This document shows, in pieces, positions 44,313 to 57,559 of a stretch of DNA of 64,000 bases. The notes beneath the pieces are model-generated. The model saw only the letters and a program-made list of their open reading frames with translations, ran no database searches and was not told the DNA's origin. The position numbers were made by a program, and so were the translations under genes. The stretch lies in assembly GCF_009914755.1 (NCBI RefSeq), contig NC_060928.1; one strand, written 5' to 3'. Numbering within the stretch: position 1 is the first letter of the stretch; each line of letters starts with the position of its first letter. This DNA is from the human T2T-CHM13v2.0 reference genome, Homo sapiens.

Positions 44313-45451
44313 AACAGGGTGGGAGGAAATGGAAGGGGAGAAAATAAAAAGGCTACTCACTGAGCCTTTCCTCATCTCCACTGCCTGTTTCACACACTTG
44401 GCCTTTTCACTGTCTGTAGTTTTTCCTCTCCTCCAACCTTAGTCACTTTCACGTGGATAGTTAGGACAGCTTTTTCACTCTAGTGGATACAGTATGCTCT
44501 AAGTTCACTAAAACAAGCATGTTTGTCTTTCTTACTGGGTTAGGGAGAATCTGCTGTATGATCCAAATAATATACTCAATACATTAACTGGGATCCAGTA
44601 TAACATGAGTGATTGGTCCATAAAAATCCAACTCTGGAAGTATCAATTCGTGTTTTACAACTATTTTTGGATACTGTATTTCTTTCTAAACCTTCCTTAG
44701 ATCATTGTTACCCTTAAGAATACACCCTGTCTGGATCAGCAAGGTCACACAGCCACCGCTGTGAGACAGGGCTCTATGACTGGCTTATCAAAGAGTTGGC
44801 ATAGCTGAGGGGCAGTTCCCCAAAGAAATAGTTCACTTGTTCAAAGAACTAAGAAGTCTTGTTATTTAAAATTAAAAAAAAAAAAGTACAAGGGAAAGAA
44901 GCAGGGGGGAGAAAAGAAGAAGGAAGGGAAAAGAAAGGAAAGATGAGGGGAAGAAAATACCATGTTTCTTGTATCAAGCCTATCAAGACACCTACCAGGA
45001 TGTTTTATAAGATTTTCTTTGACACAGAAGGGGAAAGTCAGTGTTTCTTCTGTATCAGAACACTTAATATATGAAAATGATTTTGCTTCACAAAAACTGT
45101 GAATATAAGTGTCTTGCACTTTTATGTTTTGTCCCTGGAAGTCTAGGTCAGATGCTCCATAAAGGTTTTGGATGTGATCTCTAAAGCATATGTTCCACCA
45201 AGAAGTCTTTCTATATTCACCATCTCTCTGGTTTCCATGGAGGTGATGATGGAAACTTATGTATAATTTCAGACTAGCATTGTGCTGCGAATGATGTTTA
45301 TAAAATATTAAATTCTGATAAAGGGAATAATATTTTTAAGTCATTCTTAATTCCTGAATAATGCTGCATGTTAATGGTTAGATATCATTTGACTTCAAAG
45401 TCTTTCACAACATAAACTTTGATTTCATACTAGTATAAGTGACCCGGTAGG

Positions 45452-45481
45452 AAAAAAAAAAGAGAGAGAGAGAGAGAGAGA
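45452..45481. repeat. A-run followed by (GA)n microsatellite
   Basis: Directly visible. Confidence 0.9.
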
Positions 45482-45669
45482 TGTTTGTCTTTCTTATAGG
45501 GTTAGGGAGAATCTGCTGTATGTTCCAAGTAAATGTTTTCTACCATTACCATCTTGTTAAGCTAATGCAAAAAAAGAACAGCAGTTTTCTTACCCAGAAT
45601 CCCAAATTTGAGTCAAGGCCAATTTCATAGGAATGTCCTCCTATGTAATGGGGAGTTAACTGTCTAAAT

Positions 45670-46002
45670 CAGGGATCATTAAACTACAGTTTGAGGATTA
45701 AATATGGCCCACAAACTGTTTTTGTGAAGCCCACAAGCTAAGAATGTTTTACCTTTTTAAGGGATTGAAGAAAAATCAAAAGAAGAATAATACCTCATGA
45801 CACATGAAAAATGTATGAAATTCTAATTCCAATGTCCATAAAGTTGTATTGGAACACAGCCACACTCATTCATTTACGTATTGCCCATGGCTGCTTCCAC
45901 ACTGCAAGGGCAGATTTGAGTAGTTCCAGGAGGAACTGTGTTCTCCGCAAGACCAAAACACTTGCTGTCTGGCCCTTTACAGCATAAGTTTGCGCACCCC
46001 TG
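45670..46002. mobile_element. MER58 (hAT-Charlie) DNA transposon
   Basis: caggg...ttggaacacagccacactcattcatttacgtattg...ggccctttacag...cccctg; 8-bp flanks gtctaaat / atgtaaat. Confidence 0.87.
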
Positions 46003-47804
46003 ATGTAAATAATTGTTTCACCATCTTCCCACCTCTGCACCGACACACATATTCTTCCTATCATCTCTTTCTCCTTCCTTCCCTTCTTCTCTTCCTCTTC
46101 ACACACACATACCTCATTTTGAATTTGGCAATTATGATTACTTACAGTAAAGGTAAGCGGAAATACATTTTAATTTTCCTTTGTCATTTCTCTCCTCCCT
46201 GTCTGCTTTCCCTTTCCTCTACTGCCTTTATATAGAATGTCTGAGGGCTGTGCCCTTTTCCCAAAATATTTTGTTTTAAGGTGGGGGTTAGATCTTGGTA
46301 CATTTTTTGACTTCCATGGAAAGTTTTGTGTTAGTATGTGGTCCCATTTTTAACCTATTTGCAGACACCCCCGATTATCTAAAATCACTTTCACATGGGG
46401 CTGAGGTTAAGCTTTATTTCTTTTGGCATGTCCCTACCACAGCAGACACTTCCTCTTTGCCTTGAAAGGACAAAACGATGTTCAGCTGTCTGGGCTTAGG
46501 CCCAGTATTTGATTTATACATTATTTAATTTCCTCCTGAAAATTGGAAGCAGGACTTTCAGGAATAGAAGTCAGTATTTTTCATTTGTTTTAGAATACTT
46601 CTAGGTCTAATATAATCATCAGTGGTAGATGTCAGCATGATTAGGGGGTGACTTAAGGTAAAGCAAATAAAATGTGAATACAAAGGAAAATTATTTGACA
46701 ATGGAGAAGTTCCGAAGTTTTTGAATAATCATTATTGTATATGTTATTAGGTTTTGGGGGTACTACATTTTGGGGCACCTGTCTTCACTTTACCCATTGA
46801 AGGAAAGATGTCTATTATGTTATAGTTGCAATTGTTGGGGGATTAGAAGTTTGAGGAAAATGTAATGTAACCCTTCCAGTAATTTTACAGAGGATTTTTG
46901 GATTCTCTGTGAGCTGCTACTGCATTTGTCTTCACAATTAAGTTCATACGAATGCCAGGATGTGAATGCCAAAATAGTTTGAGATTTTAACAGCAGTGAA
47001 CTCAGGAAATTAAAAATTAACTCTGGAAATACTATTTCATGTTTTACAACCACTTTTGGATGGTGTGTTCCTTTTTAAACCTTCCTTAGATCATTGTTAC
47101 TCTTGGGTTACAACCTGTCTCCTTTTTACCACCAAAGTTCTTAAAAGTCTAGCACACCTACTGCCTCTACTTCCTCACTCATAATTCGCTTCTCAAACCC
47201 TGGCAGTCTGGGCTTTCCCTCCCTCTGCACACTGCTAAGCTGACCTCACTATTTCCTTCTCTCCAATTATAATAACCAGCTCTAAGTCCTCAGCTTTCCT
47301 GACCTTTTTGCTCCATCTGTCAGAATTCGTACCCTCTTCCTAAAGCCCTCTTTCAGTTTTTATGTGGGACTGTCCTAATTTCCTCTACTTCTTCCTGTCT
47401 TTTATAGACCCATCTCCCTAGTATGGAGCTGGGCTTAAGTGTCCCCCAGGTTCTGTTTCTTGGACCATTTTTCTCCCTACATTCTTAGGCTTTCCCTTCT
47501 CATTTTTTCTCATTACCTGAGACACTTCAGGAGAACTCAGAGGGCTGCAAAGAGCACAGTTTGAAAATCACCCCGGTCCTGTCAGACTACTTTTGAGTCC
47601 TTAATACAGCCCACCCTATGCCACCTCTGTGCCTTCACATGAGAGTGTACCTTAGTGTGGGAGTGTGCACTCCCATGGAGTGCCTTGCCACCAACACCAC
47701 CAGTACATCTCTTCACATTCTTCTAAAGCTTATTCCTAAAGCATCTACTCTTTTATGTTACCAGGCTCCCAGTAGATGCTTTCCCTCCCTCATCTGAGCT
47801 ATGG

Positions 47805-48015
47805 TGGGTAAAGAAAAGGTACCAGAGTCAGACAGATATGGATTTAAATATGGATCCACCACTTACCTGTGTGTGATGTTGAACAAATTTACCTAAAGGC
47901 TTTCAAATCAGTTTCTTCATTTATAAATTGGGGGTAGGGGGAAGGATTTTACCTACCACATTGGATTGTTGGATAGATTCGGTAACTTATGTGAAGGCAG
48001 AGAACACTTGGAAAT
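47805..48015 (+). mobile_element. MIR
   Basis: agagtcagacagatatggatttaaat...tcagtttcttcatttataaattgggg. Confidence 0.65.
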
Positions 48016-49699
48016 CAGTGGTGGTGGAGGTGGTAGTGCTAATAGTGCTAATATCACCATCGTCAATATAATTATTTCCACAGCAGCATTTTGTTTCTCA
48101 TATGTCAGTTACGTCACTGTACTTATTGTCTTGTTCTCATTTCAGAATTTCAGACTCCTCGAGGTTTTATTTATATTCCCCTGTTCCCCAAGAGCATAGA
48201 ACAAGGACTTAAGCATAGGTTTTCCTAAGTGAGTTGAGTTGCATAGAATAGCTATTCTCCCCTAAAGGAAAATACTGACTCCACAGTGTTCTTAAAAGTC
48301 AGAGCTGGTAAGTTTGTAGCTGTCTCTTCATATTTTAATCAAACATTATCACACTAAAAAAAATCATTGTTACATTTTGTCACTCTAAAACTTGAAACTA
48401 AGTAGTCTTTAAATTTTAAATTTTAATTTCTCCAAGAGTTAATGACTTATATATTTAGATATAGGTGGTCTGAAGTAATTATTTTTAAAAGAACTACTTT
48501 TGTATTTGATGCATAAATTATATCAGTAGTAAAATATTCAGAGAAGAAAAATTAATATACAAACATTAAATTGCTTTTGATTTTATATGTTTGATTCTGT
48601 GTCTATCTTATTTTTGATTTTGTAAAATCAATGCCAACTGCAAAGTTTTTTAGCTTAAATAACCAGCAGTTTTTCTTTTTACATGTTTTTACTTACAAAA
48701 CCTTTATCCTCTATCTCTCAACATATTTCTGGAAAACAGATTTTCTGCTTCTGGGAAACATCACTTTTTCACAAATCACACATCGACCTGGTTATAAAAA
48801 CCTATAACTGCTTTGTTTGTTGCTCTGAGGGCCAGAGTTGTAGATTAGGTTCTGCTGTGGATTTCTGAAGGCTAAAGTAGGGAAGGAGTGGTTGTGCTAT
48901 TCCGATCTGAACTTCTGTAATAGGAGAGTAGCAAAGCAGTGAGGAGTTGAAAGGCCTTTAAAAAAAAAAAAAGTATACGTTCACATGGAGTCCCTCTGAA
49001 TAAGTACCAGCACCCCAAAGTCACTAAAATTACTCCCCAAATCAAGCATTCATCACTCAGAAAGCCTTTATGGATCACCAGTTTTGCAGGGCTCGGTATT
49101 TGGTGGTGTCCTCACAGCTTTGAACCAGACATGCTTCACCTGAGTTAAGGACACCTCTACCGGCAGGCCCCTAGAGAGTGGCTCAGGGTACTGATGGGGT
49201 CAGAAAAGGGAGGGTGTGACCAAAGAGCAGATTGAGTCCACACTTTGAATACTTTCAGGAACTACTTGCAGCCACTCAGGAATATAAACTAGTATCACAG
49301 CTGAGAGCTTTATTTAACATTCCACTTAGTTATAATCTTTACCTAATCTCTACTGTTTTTATTTGGCTACTAGCTATTTAGTGTAACCCCATTTTTGTGG
49401 AAGGCTGGCCAAGAGCACACTTCAACTCAATAGTAGTCAAAGCCAGCTCTACTGAACCTACATGAACACATGAGCACACAAATTGTGTGGTTCTGAAGTT
49501 TGTGGGGGTATTTTTTAGTTCTTGATAAATGTTCATCTGCCTAAGCAGTATATACAATGTAAAGTTAAATGTGACACCTGCTATAAGGCATATAAATTCC
49601 ACATTCGGTTAAAAACCAACTTGTTAAGACTAAAGTCCTAAATTAGTTAACATTAAGTCAGATATCTTATTTTATGCTCTTCATATATTTTCCTTCTTT

Positions 49700-50600
49700 C
49701 CTTCATTGTTCTTTTTCATTCTTTCCTATATTTGTTGACCATGTACTATGTGCCAGATAAGGTTCTAGGCACTAGCATCTAATATTAGCAACGAAAATAA
49801 AGAAGTCTATTTTGTGAGAGGCAACAGACCATCAACAAAATAAAATATAGTATGTGGCAATAAGAGAGAAGGAGCAAAATAAAGCAGGGAAGGAGAATGG
49901 GATTACAGGGAGGGCTGCAGGTTTTAATAGGGTGGCCATGGAAAACCTTGCCGAGAAGGTGGCATTTGTGTAAAGACTTGAGGCGAGTGAACTGCAATTA
50001 TCCAAAGGAAGCACATTTCAGGGAGAGGGAACAAGAAGTCCACATGCTCCGAACACGAGTGTTCTTTGCACATTCAAGAACAGCCAGGAAGCCAATGTCA
50101 CTGGAGTGAAGAGTGTGAGGGGGTTCTAGGGCCCAGTTGAAAAAAAGTGGGAGTAAGTGATTGGTGTCGCATGCTGCTGATAGATTAAATAGATTGAGAA
50201 CTGAGGATTGACCGTAGGATTAGTGACCTTGACAGAGCAATTCAGTGGGGGAGTGTTCAGAAGTGTCATTTCAATGGGTTTAAATGAGAATGGGAAGAGA
50301 GGAAATAGAAAATGGAAAATGAAGAGAGCTCTTCCAAGGAGAGTTGCTAATGGGAATGAAAGCAGATATGGAGACAAGGAAGGGACTAGATTACATCTAT
50401 AAGGTGAGAAATTACAACGTGTTTTTATGGTGGTGGTAAAGCTTGACTCAGGTAAAAGGAAATGGAACCCCATGCATAAATAGAAGGATTGATCTTGGCA
50501 GCACAGATACTTCATCTATTGAAACAGGAAAGAAAGTTGAGTATGTACATACAAGTAGAGGGAAAGGGGTAGACTCAATGGTGATAGCATGTTGAAAGTT
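49700..50600 (-). mobile_element. L2 fragments
   Basis: catgtactatgtgccag...ttctaggcact; ttagtgaccttgacagagcaattcagtgg. Confidence 0.7.
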
Positions 50601-51970
50601 CTTCTCTGCCACATGAACAAACTTTCTTTCCAGTGCTTAAACAACACCTGCAGTATCCTTCTCATATGGTCATTTGCATATTATCTCTACAGCTGTCTTA
50701 TGTTTGGCCAGCTTATTAATTGTTAATATATCTCTTCCTCTTATTGAGCAAAAACCTTTCTTCTAGAACATTGATCCTAGTTCTGCTTCCCATAGCCTCC
50801 CAAGATGGACAGTTCTAATTTTTCTATAGAAGAGCCTTTGAAGGACTGGAGGACTGATGTGGTTTCTCAAGGCCGACCTCATTCCTGCTGATTCTAACAC
50901 CTAGCCCTTCAGTGTTTCTGCTGGCATGTGTGGTTTCAACCCCTGTCACATTCAGACACTCTCATCTAACAGGGCCCAGGGTATTTAATCAGTTTCATTT
51001 GCTAATCAGGCCTCATTGGTCCCGGCCTTTGGTATCTGTTTTTCTCCCAGGCTTTTTTCTACATATTTAGTGTTTCTCACAAATACTAACATTGAACCAG
51101 CATGCCATTAAGATTTATTTATTTATTTCAGTAGCTTTAGGGGTACAAGTGGTTTTTGGTTACATGGATAAATTGTATAGTGGTGAAGTCTGGGCTTTTA
51201 GTATACCCATCACCCAAATAGTATACATTGTACCCAATAGGTAATTTTTCATTCTTTACCCCCACTCCCACCCTACCCCGTTCTGAATCTCCAGTGTCCA
51301 TTATACAATTCCATATACCTTTGTGTACCCATAGCTTAGCTCCCACTTAAACATGTGAGAAATGCAGTATTTGGTTTTCCATTCCTGAGTTACATCGCTT
51401 AGAATGACCTCCAGTTCCATCCAAGTTGCTGTCAAAGACGTTACTTTGTTATTTTTTCTGGCTGGGTAGTATTCCATGGTATATATACCACATTTTCTCC
51501 ATCCTCTTATTGGTCGATGGGCACTTAGGTTGATTCCATACCCTTGTGATGGTGAACTGTACTGTAGTAAACATATACATGCAGATGTCTCTTTTATATA
51601 ATGATTTCTTTTCCTTTAAGTAGATACCCAGTAGTGGGATTGAAGGATCAAATGGTAATTCTACCTTTAGTTCTTTGAGATATCTCCATATTGTTTTCCA
51701 TAGAGGTTGTACTAATTTACCTTCTCACCACTAGTGTATAAGCATTCCCTTTTCTCTGCATCCTCATCAACATCTGTTGTTTTTCTGTTTTTGTTTTTTG
51801 TCTTTTTAGTAACAGCTATTCTGACCGGGGTAAGATGATATCTCATTGTGGTTTTAATTTGGAGTTCTCTGATGAATAGTGCTGCTAAGCATTTTTTTTA
51901 TACGGTTGTTGGCCATTTGTATGTCTTTTTTTGTGTGAAAAATGTCCATCTGTGTCCTTTCCCACTTTTT

Positions 51971-52127
51971 TTTTTAAGTTCCAGGGTACATGTACATGTT
52001 GTGCAGGTTACATAGGTAAACATATGCCATGGTGGTTTGCTGCACCTACCAACCCATCACCTAAGTATTAAACCCAGTATGCATTCACTGTTTATCCTGA
52101 TGCTCTCTCTCCCTGCCCTCCAATAGG
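51971..52127 (-). mobile_element. Short L1PA 3'-end insertion nested in the L1MA
   Basis: aagttccagggtacatg...ccatggtggtttgctgcacc; TSD cccacttttt / cctacttttt. Confidence 0.85.
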
Positions 52128-52604
52128 CCTACTTTTTAATGGGGTTATTTTGTTGCTGCTGTTGAGTTGTTTGAATTCTTTGTAAATTCTGGGTATCAGT
52201 CCCCTATCAGAGGCATAGTTTGACAATATTTTCTCTCATTCTTCAGGATGTCTGTTCACTCTCTTGATAATTTCTTTTGCTGTGCAGAAGTGTTTTAGTT
52301 TAATTAAAGTTCCATTTGTCTATTTTTGCTTTTGTTGCTTGTGCTTTTGAGGTTTTAGTCATGAATTCTTTGCCCAGACCAATGTCCAGCAATCTTCCTT
52401 AGGTTTTCTTTAGTATTTTTACAGTTTCAGTTCTTACATTTAAGTATTTGATCCATCTTGAGTTCTTTTTTTATACAGTGAGAGACAAGGGTCCAATTTC
52501 ATTCTCCTGTGTATGGCAATACAATTTTCCCAGCACCATTTATTGAAAAAGGTGTCCCTTCTCCAGTGTACGTTTTTGTCATAAAAGATTGTTGGCTATA
52601 GATA

Positions 52605-52963
52605 TGTATTAGTCCATTTTCACACTGCTGATAAAGACATACCCAAGACTGGGCAATTTACAAAAGAAAGAGGTTTAATTGGACCCACAGTTCCATGTGG
52701 CTGAGGAGGCCTCACAATCATGGTGGAAGGCAAGGAGGAGCAATTCACATCTTAAATGGATGGCAGCAGGCAAAAAGAGAGCTTGTGCAGGGAAACTCCT
52801 GTTTTTAAAACCATCATATCTCATGAGACTCATTCACTATCACAAGAACAGTGCAGGAAAGACCCACCCCCATAATTCAATCACCTCCCACCGGGTTCCT
52901 CCTACAACACAAGGGAACTGTGGGAGTTAAAAATCAAGATGAGATTTGGGTGGGGACACAGCC
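52605..52963 (-). mobile_element. THE1 MaLR solo LTR, clipped at one end
   Basis: tgtattagtccattttcacactgctgataaagacatacccaagactggg...gagatttgggtggggacacagcc; terminal aaaccatatca missing. Confidence 0.93.
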
Positions 52964-55900
52964 TCAATGATCCATCTACTGCTGTTGGTGGAGCGTTTAA
53001 GTCTCCCACTATTATTGTATTGCTCTCTGTCTTTTCTTAGGTCTAAGAGCATTTGTTTTATGAATCTGGGAACCCTGGAGTTAGGTGCATATTTATTTAG
53101 GATTGTTATATCTTCTTGTGGAACTGATCCCTTTATCATTATATAATGACCCTCTTCGGGTTTTTTGTTTGTTTTTGTTTCGTTTGTACTATTATTGATT
53201 TAAACTGTTTAATCTGATATAAGAAAGGCTATTACTGCTTGCTTTTGGTTTCATTTGCATGGAATATTTTTTTCATCCCCTTACCTTGAGTCTATAAGAA
53301 TCTTTACCAGTTAGGTGGGTCCCTTGAAGACAGGAGATATTTGGCTTGTGTTTCTTTATCCATTCCACCAGTCAGTATCTTTTAATTGGAGCATTTAGAT
53401 CCACTATTTAGACCCGTATTCAACATTAATATTGATATGTGAGGTACAATTCTAATGATCATTTTGATTGTTATCTAGTTGTTTTGTTTTCTTCATTATG
53501 TTACTGTTTTATAAGCTCTGAGTTTTATGCTTTCAAATGTTTTTATACTGGTGCATATTGACCTTTCATTTTGAAATTTAGAACTCCTTTTAGCATCTCT
53601 TGTAGGGCTGGTCAAGTGGTGACAAATTCCCTCAGCATTTGCTTGTCTGGGAAAGTTTCTCTCTCATTTATGAAAATTAGTTTTGCAGGATAGAAAATTC
53701 TTGGCTCCCCATGGGAGAAGCACCAGCTGTGTCTACAGTGATGGGCTGACAGTTATTCTGCTTTTGAGAAGATTAAAGATAGGACACCAATCTTTTCTGG
53801 CTTATAAGGTTTCTGCTGAGAAATCTCCTGTTACTCTGACAGGTTTTCCTTTATCTTTCCTTTCAAGTTATCTGATGCTTTTGTCTCACTACTCTTAGAA
53901 TTCCTTCATTCACATTGACGTTAGATAGCCTGATGAATATATGCCTTGCTGATGTCCATTTTGCAATGAATCTCCTAGGAGTTCTTTGAGCTTCTTGTAT
54001 TTGGATGTCTAAGTCTCTAGCAAGACCAGGGAAGTTTCCCTCAATTATTCTCTCAGATAGGTTTTCTGAATGATTTGCTTTTCTTTTCTCTCAGGAACAC
54101 TTATGATTCTTAGGTTTGGACGTTTTATATAATCTCATATTTCTTGGAGACTTTGTTCATTTCTTTTAATTCTTGTTTCATTATCTTTTTCTGATTTGGT
54201 TGATTCAAAAGCATTCTCTTCAAGCTCTGACATCCTTTCTTCTACTTGATCTAGTCTGTTTTTAAAACTTTGCATTGCATTTTGTAATTCCCAAAATATG
54301 TCTTCATTTTTAGAAGTTCTGGTTTTTCTTCAAAATATGTCTCTTTAGAAAACTTTCCATTCATATTCTAAATTGTTATTGTGATTTCTTTATGTTGGTT
54401 TTCAATTTTCTCTTGGATCTCATCGAGCAACTTAATAGTCAGCATTTTGAATTTTTTTATCTGGCATTTCAAAGATTTTGTTTTGGTTTGGATCTATTGC
54501 TGGGAGGTTAGTGAGATCTTTGGAGGGTGTTGTAGAACTGTGCTTTTTATATTGCAGAATTATTTTTCTGGTTCCTTATCATTTGGGTAGACTACTTTTT
54601 CTTACTATTTTTGAATTTATTTTTTATTCTACTGGGTTAAAAAAAATTCCCCTTGAGAATGTGACTTTAATGTTTGCGGTATAGTCACCTAGCTTAGGCT
54701 CTGAGTGCTTTCAGTGGCAAAGACTTTCCAAGTTCCTTGGTTATAAAACATCTTTGCACAGTGGCTTTCTCATATGCTGGTTGTAGTACCAGTGTGCTGG
54801 GTGTGTGAACAGGTTCACTGTCTCGTGGGGCTGGAATGGCAGAGGTCCCATGAAGCTTACATCATTCTCCGGTGGTGTGTACTTTTCAGTTTTTTTCCCA
54901 TAATATTTTTCACTGAGTTGAACAGTTCAGCTTTTGGGCCAGTAGGAGGTACCCACAGGTAAAAACAGCTGCAGCTTAAGCAGATGGATATATGCAATAC
55001 CCCAGTGGTGGACAGAAGTCCCAGCCTTGACAGAAGCAACTGGGGGAGCTCTCCTTGAAAGGCACTGAGGTCTTTGCAGGAGAAAGGGAGGGAGCCACCT
55101 CAGCTTCTCTTCCAGACCAGCACGAAAGCAATCTGCCTCCCTGTCACACTCATGTCGCAATGTTCTGGATATTCAGATCAGACGAGGCACTTCTGTGGAT
55201 CTGCAGAAATGCTGACATTCATGTAGAGAGGGATTGTGAACCTACCCCAAAGTGCTCCAGAAAGGCCATCCATAGGTGCACCCCAGCCAAGCTCCTGTGG
55301 AGGAGTCCCAGCGACGTCTGCAGTGATAGGCAAAGGGTAGAAGTCCCCTTCTCCAGGTCCCTTCACGAGCACTGGGGCTGCCCAACTGCTGGGGTAGAAT
55401 GACAGTCTTTCTACCACTTAGCCCAGCACTGCATCTGTGCCTCTGCTGAAAGAAACTTCCCACAAGCAGAAAGTTCTAGGACTCAAAGGCTGCACTCTAA
55501 TTAATTTTGTCCCACAGGGTGCTCCCTTGATATGGTACCCTTTCCCTTCCCCTAGGAGTGACAGTCCCTTAGGGCAAGACTACTGTAAATACTGCTGCTT
55601 CTCTAGGTATAGCCACCCTGTGGGGGCTGCCACAATCCAGGCTGGTGCTGGGGAATGTCTACAAGGGATCCAGTGATGTGAAGATACAAGGGTTGAAGGA
55701 TCCTGAGCAGAACAAAGTCCCACAACCTATGTGCACGAATATGGCAGCCGCTACTACAGCTCAGGCCTAGGGCAAGAGGGAAGGGACACTATGCAAACAA
55801 GGCAGTGCCCTCAAGAAGTCCCCAAATCGCAATCCACTCCTGTACTTGTGCTTACAAGGGCAGAGACACTCTGCCTGAGTTCAGATGCCAGCAGTCTGCC

Positions 55901-57559
55901 ACAAGACCTAGAGATGCTGAGAGCACTCCCACCTACCCTTTCCAAAGATTACTGAGCCTCTGGGGGTTTGACCTCTGCCAGCTTCTTGTAAAATAAAGCA
56001 CACTTTATTTTGTGGCTGTATCATAGATTCTCCCAGTGAACTCTGTGATAGGCTCTAGCACTCTCCCCTTAACACTCCATTTGGGCTATGATTATTCACC
56101 TATAACTTTGGTTCTTCCTTCTGAGGAGAATTGGTCACCCGTGTCTCTTATCAGCAAGCTGGAGAAGTTTTCTGATGCCACAGGCTGTGGACAGGTCTGC
56201 AGGATGTGCAGTGGCTTGGGCTCTGCTCTTAGCTTCAGAGGGGAGTGATGTTGCGTGGAGCTGAACTGAACTTCCTCTGGTCTCCCAAAAGCAAGTGCAA
56301 GCACCAGCTCTGATGAGGGTGGCAGGGGAGCGACATAGACTCTGTAAGATTTCTTTGGTTTTAAATAGCCCTAGTGTGGCTCAGTGAGTGAGAACTCACT
56401 GAATATAGTTCTCAGATGCCAGCTATGGAAGTAATGTGCTGGGCACATGAACAGTCTCACCATTAAGTTTTTATCTAATGTGTTTATCCTTAGGATGAGG
56501 CCAAGGACAAAGTACAACCATCAAAGAATCCCTTCCAAACCTATCTTTACCCATTAGTTAACCCCATCTAGACAGGATTGTAATTTCTAAGTATTCACAT
56601 GATCCCAGGTAAATCAACATCAAAACCAGGAGACTTGGTCAGATTAAATGGTATGGGGCAAAGAAAAAGGGGCATATTTCCAGTGTGTTGAAGCCAACAT
56701 GCCTGGGAGTATAGTGTATCACTGAAACACTATACTCTGAAACACTGAGTTAGTAGGGCAGGCAGTTTTCAAATCAAGATGACACATCTAATGTTGAACA
56801 CTGTGGGTTGTAAGTACCCAACCTGAGCTAAAGATGAATATTTCACAGTTATTTGCATAGGAGTGATACTTAAAAGACATGAGAGTAAATTCATTCTTTG
56901 AGAGATTATAGGTAAAGACTAAAAACCAGGGGCCAAGGATAATACATCATATGTCTATGGCATATAAGTATATGATCTTAGGAGAATTAGAAGCTAGTCC
57001 TAGCACATTATCATGTACATGAAAAGTTGATGTAAGAGAACCATACTGGTTTGCAGCACCTGTATAAATACAACCATCCTAATTTTCCTATTATCACTTC
57101 CTCAAGCCCATGATTGCTGCTTCTGACACTTTAGAAGCAGTGTCTGAGCTGATCTTAGTACCATGACCAGCCCCATTAGCACTGCTACCTCCTTTACCAT
57201 TACAACAGAGTATCAGCAGCAGTGGTGATCACCAGAAGACTGAGTGTGAGTCAGCTCCAGTAGCCAAGCTTAGGAGAAAAGGCAGGTCAGTTCGATAGCA
57301 TGAAGCCACTTGGAGATGTGGAAAGGTAGAGCTGTGACTAGAGCTGGCAGAGGCATAAGCCTTGGAAGGCTGGTTGGGGCAAGGTGAAAAATGGGAAGGA
57401 CAGAAGGAGGTAAAGAAGCCAGAAAAGGCAAAATTTTACCAGGTTCTTTCCTCTTTACTGGAATTTGAATTTTGTCCTACTTGCCTGTCTTGAGACTTTG
57501 ACTGACATAAATAAATCTTAAGACGAAAAGGGAACAAAAGACTGAAAACAGCTCAAATA

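Larger units (their letters stand above)
51114..56460 (-). mobile_element. Rearranged L1MA-type element (3'UTR, ORF2 ends, ORF1, long 5' region) with nested insertions and a large ORF2 deletion
   Basis: (ttta)n tail; 3'UTR gggtacaagtggtttttggttacatgga; EN peptide MIKGSVPQEDITILNKYAPNSRVPRFIKQ (52927-53139); ORF1-like antisense ~53560-54550; GC-richer 5' region to ~56460. Confidence 0.85.
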
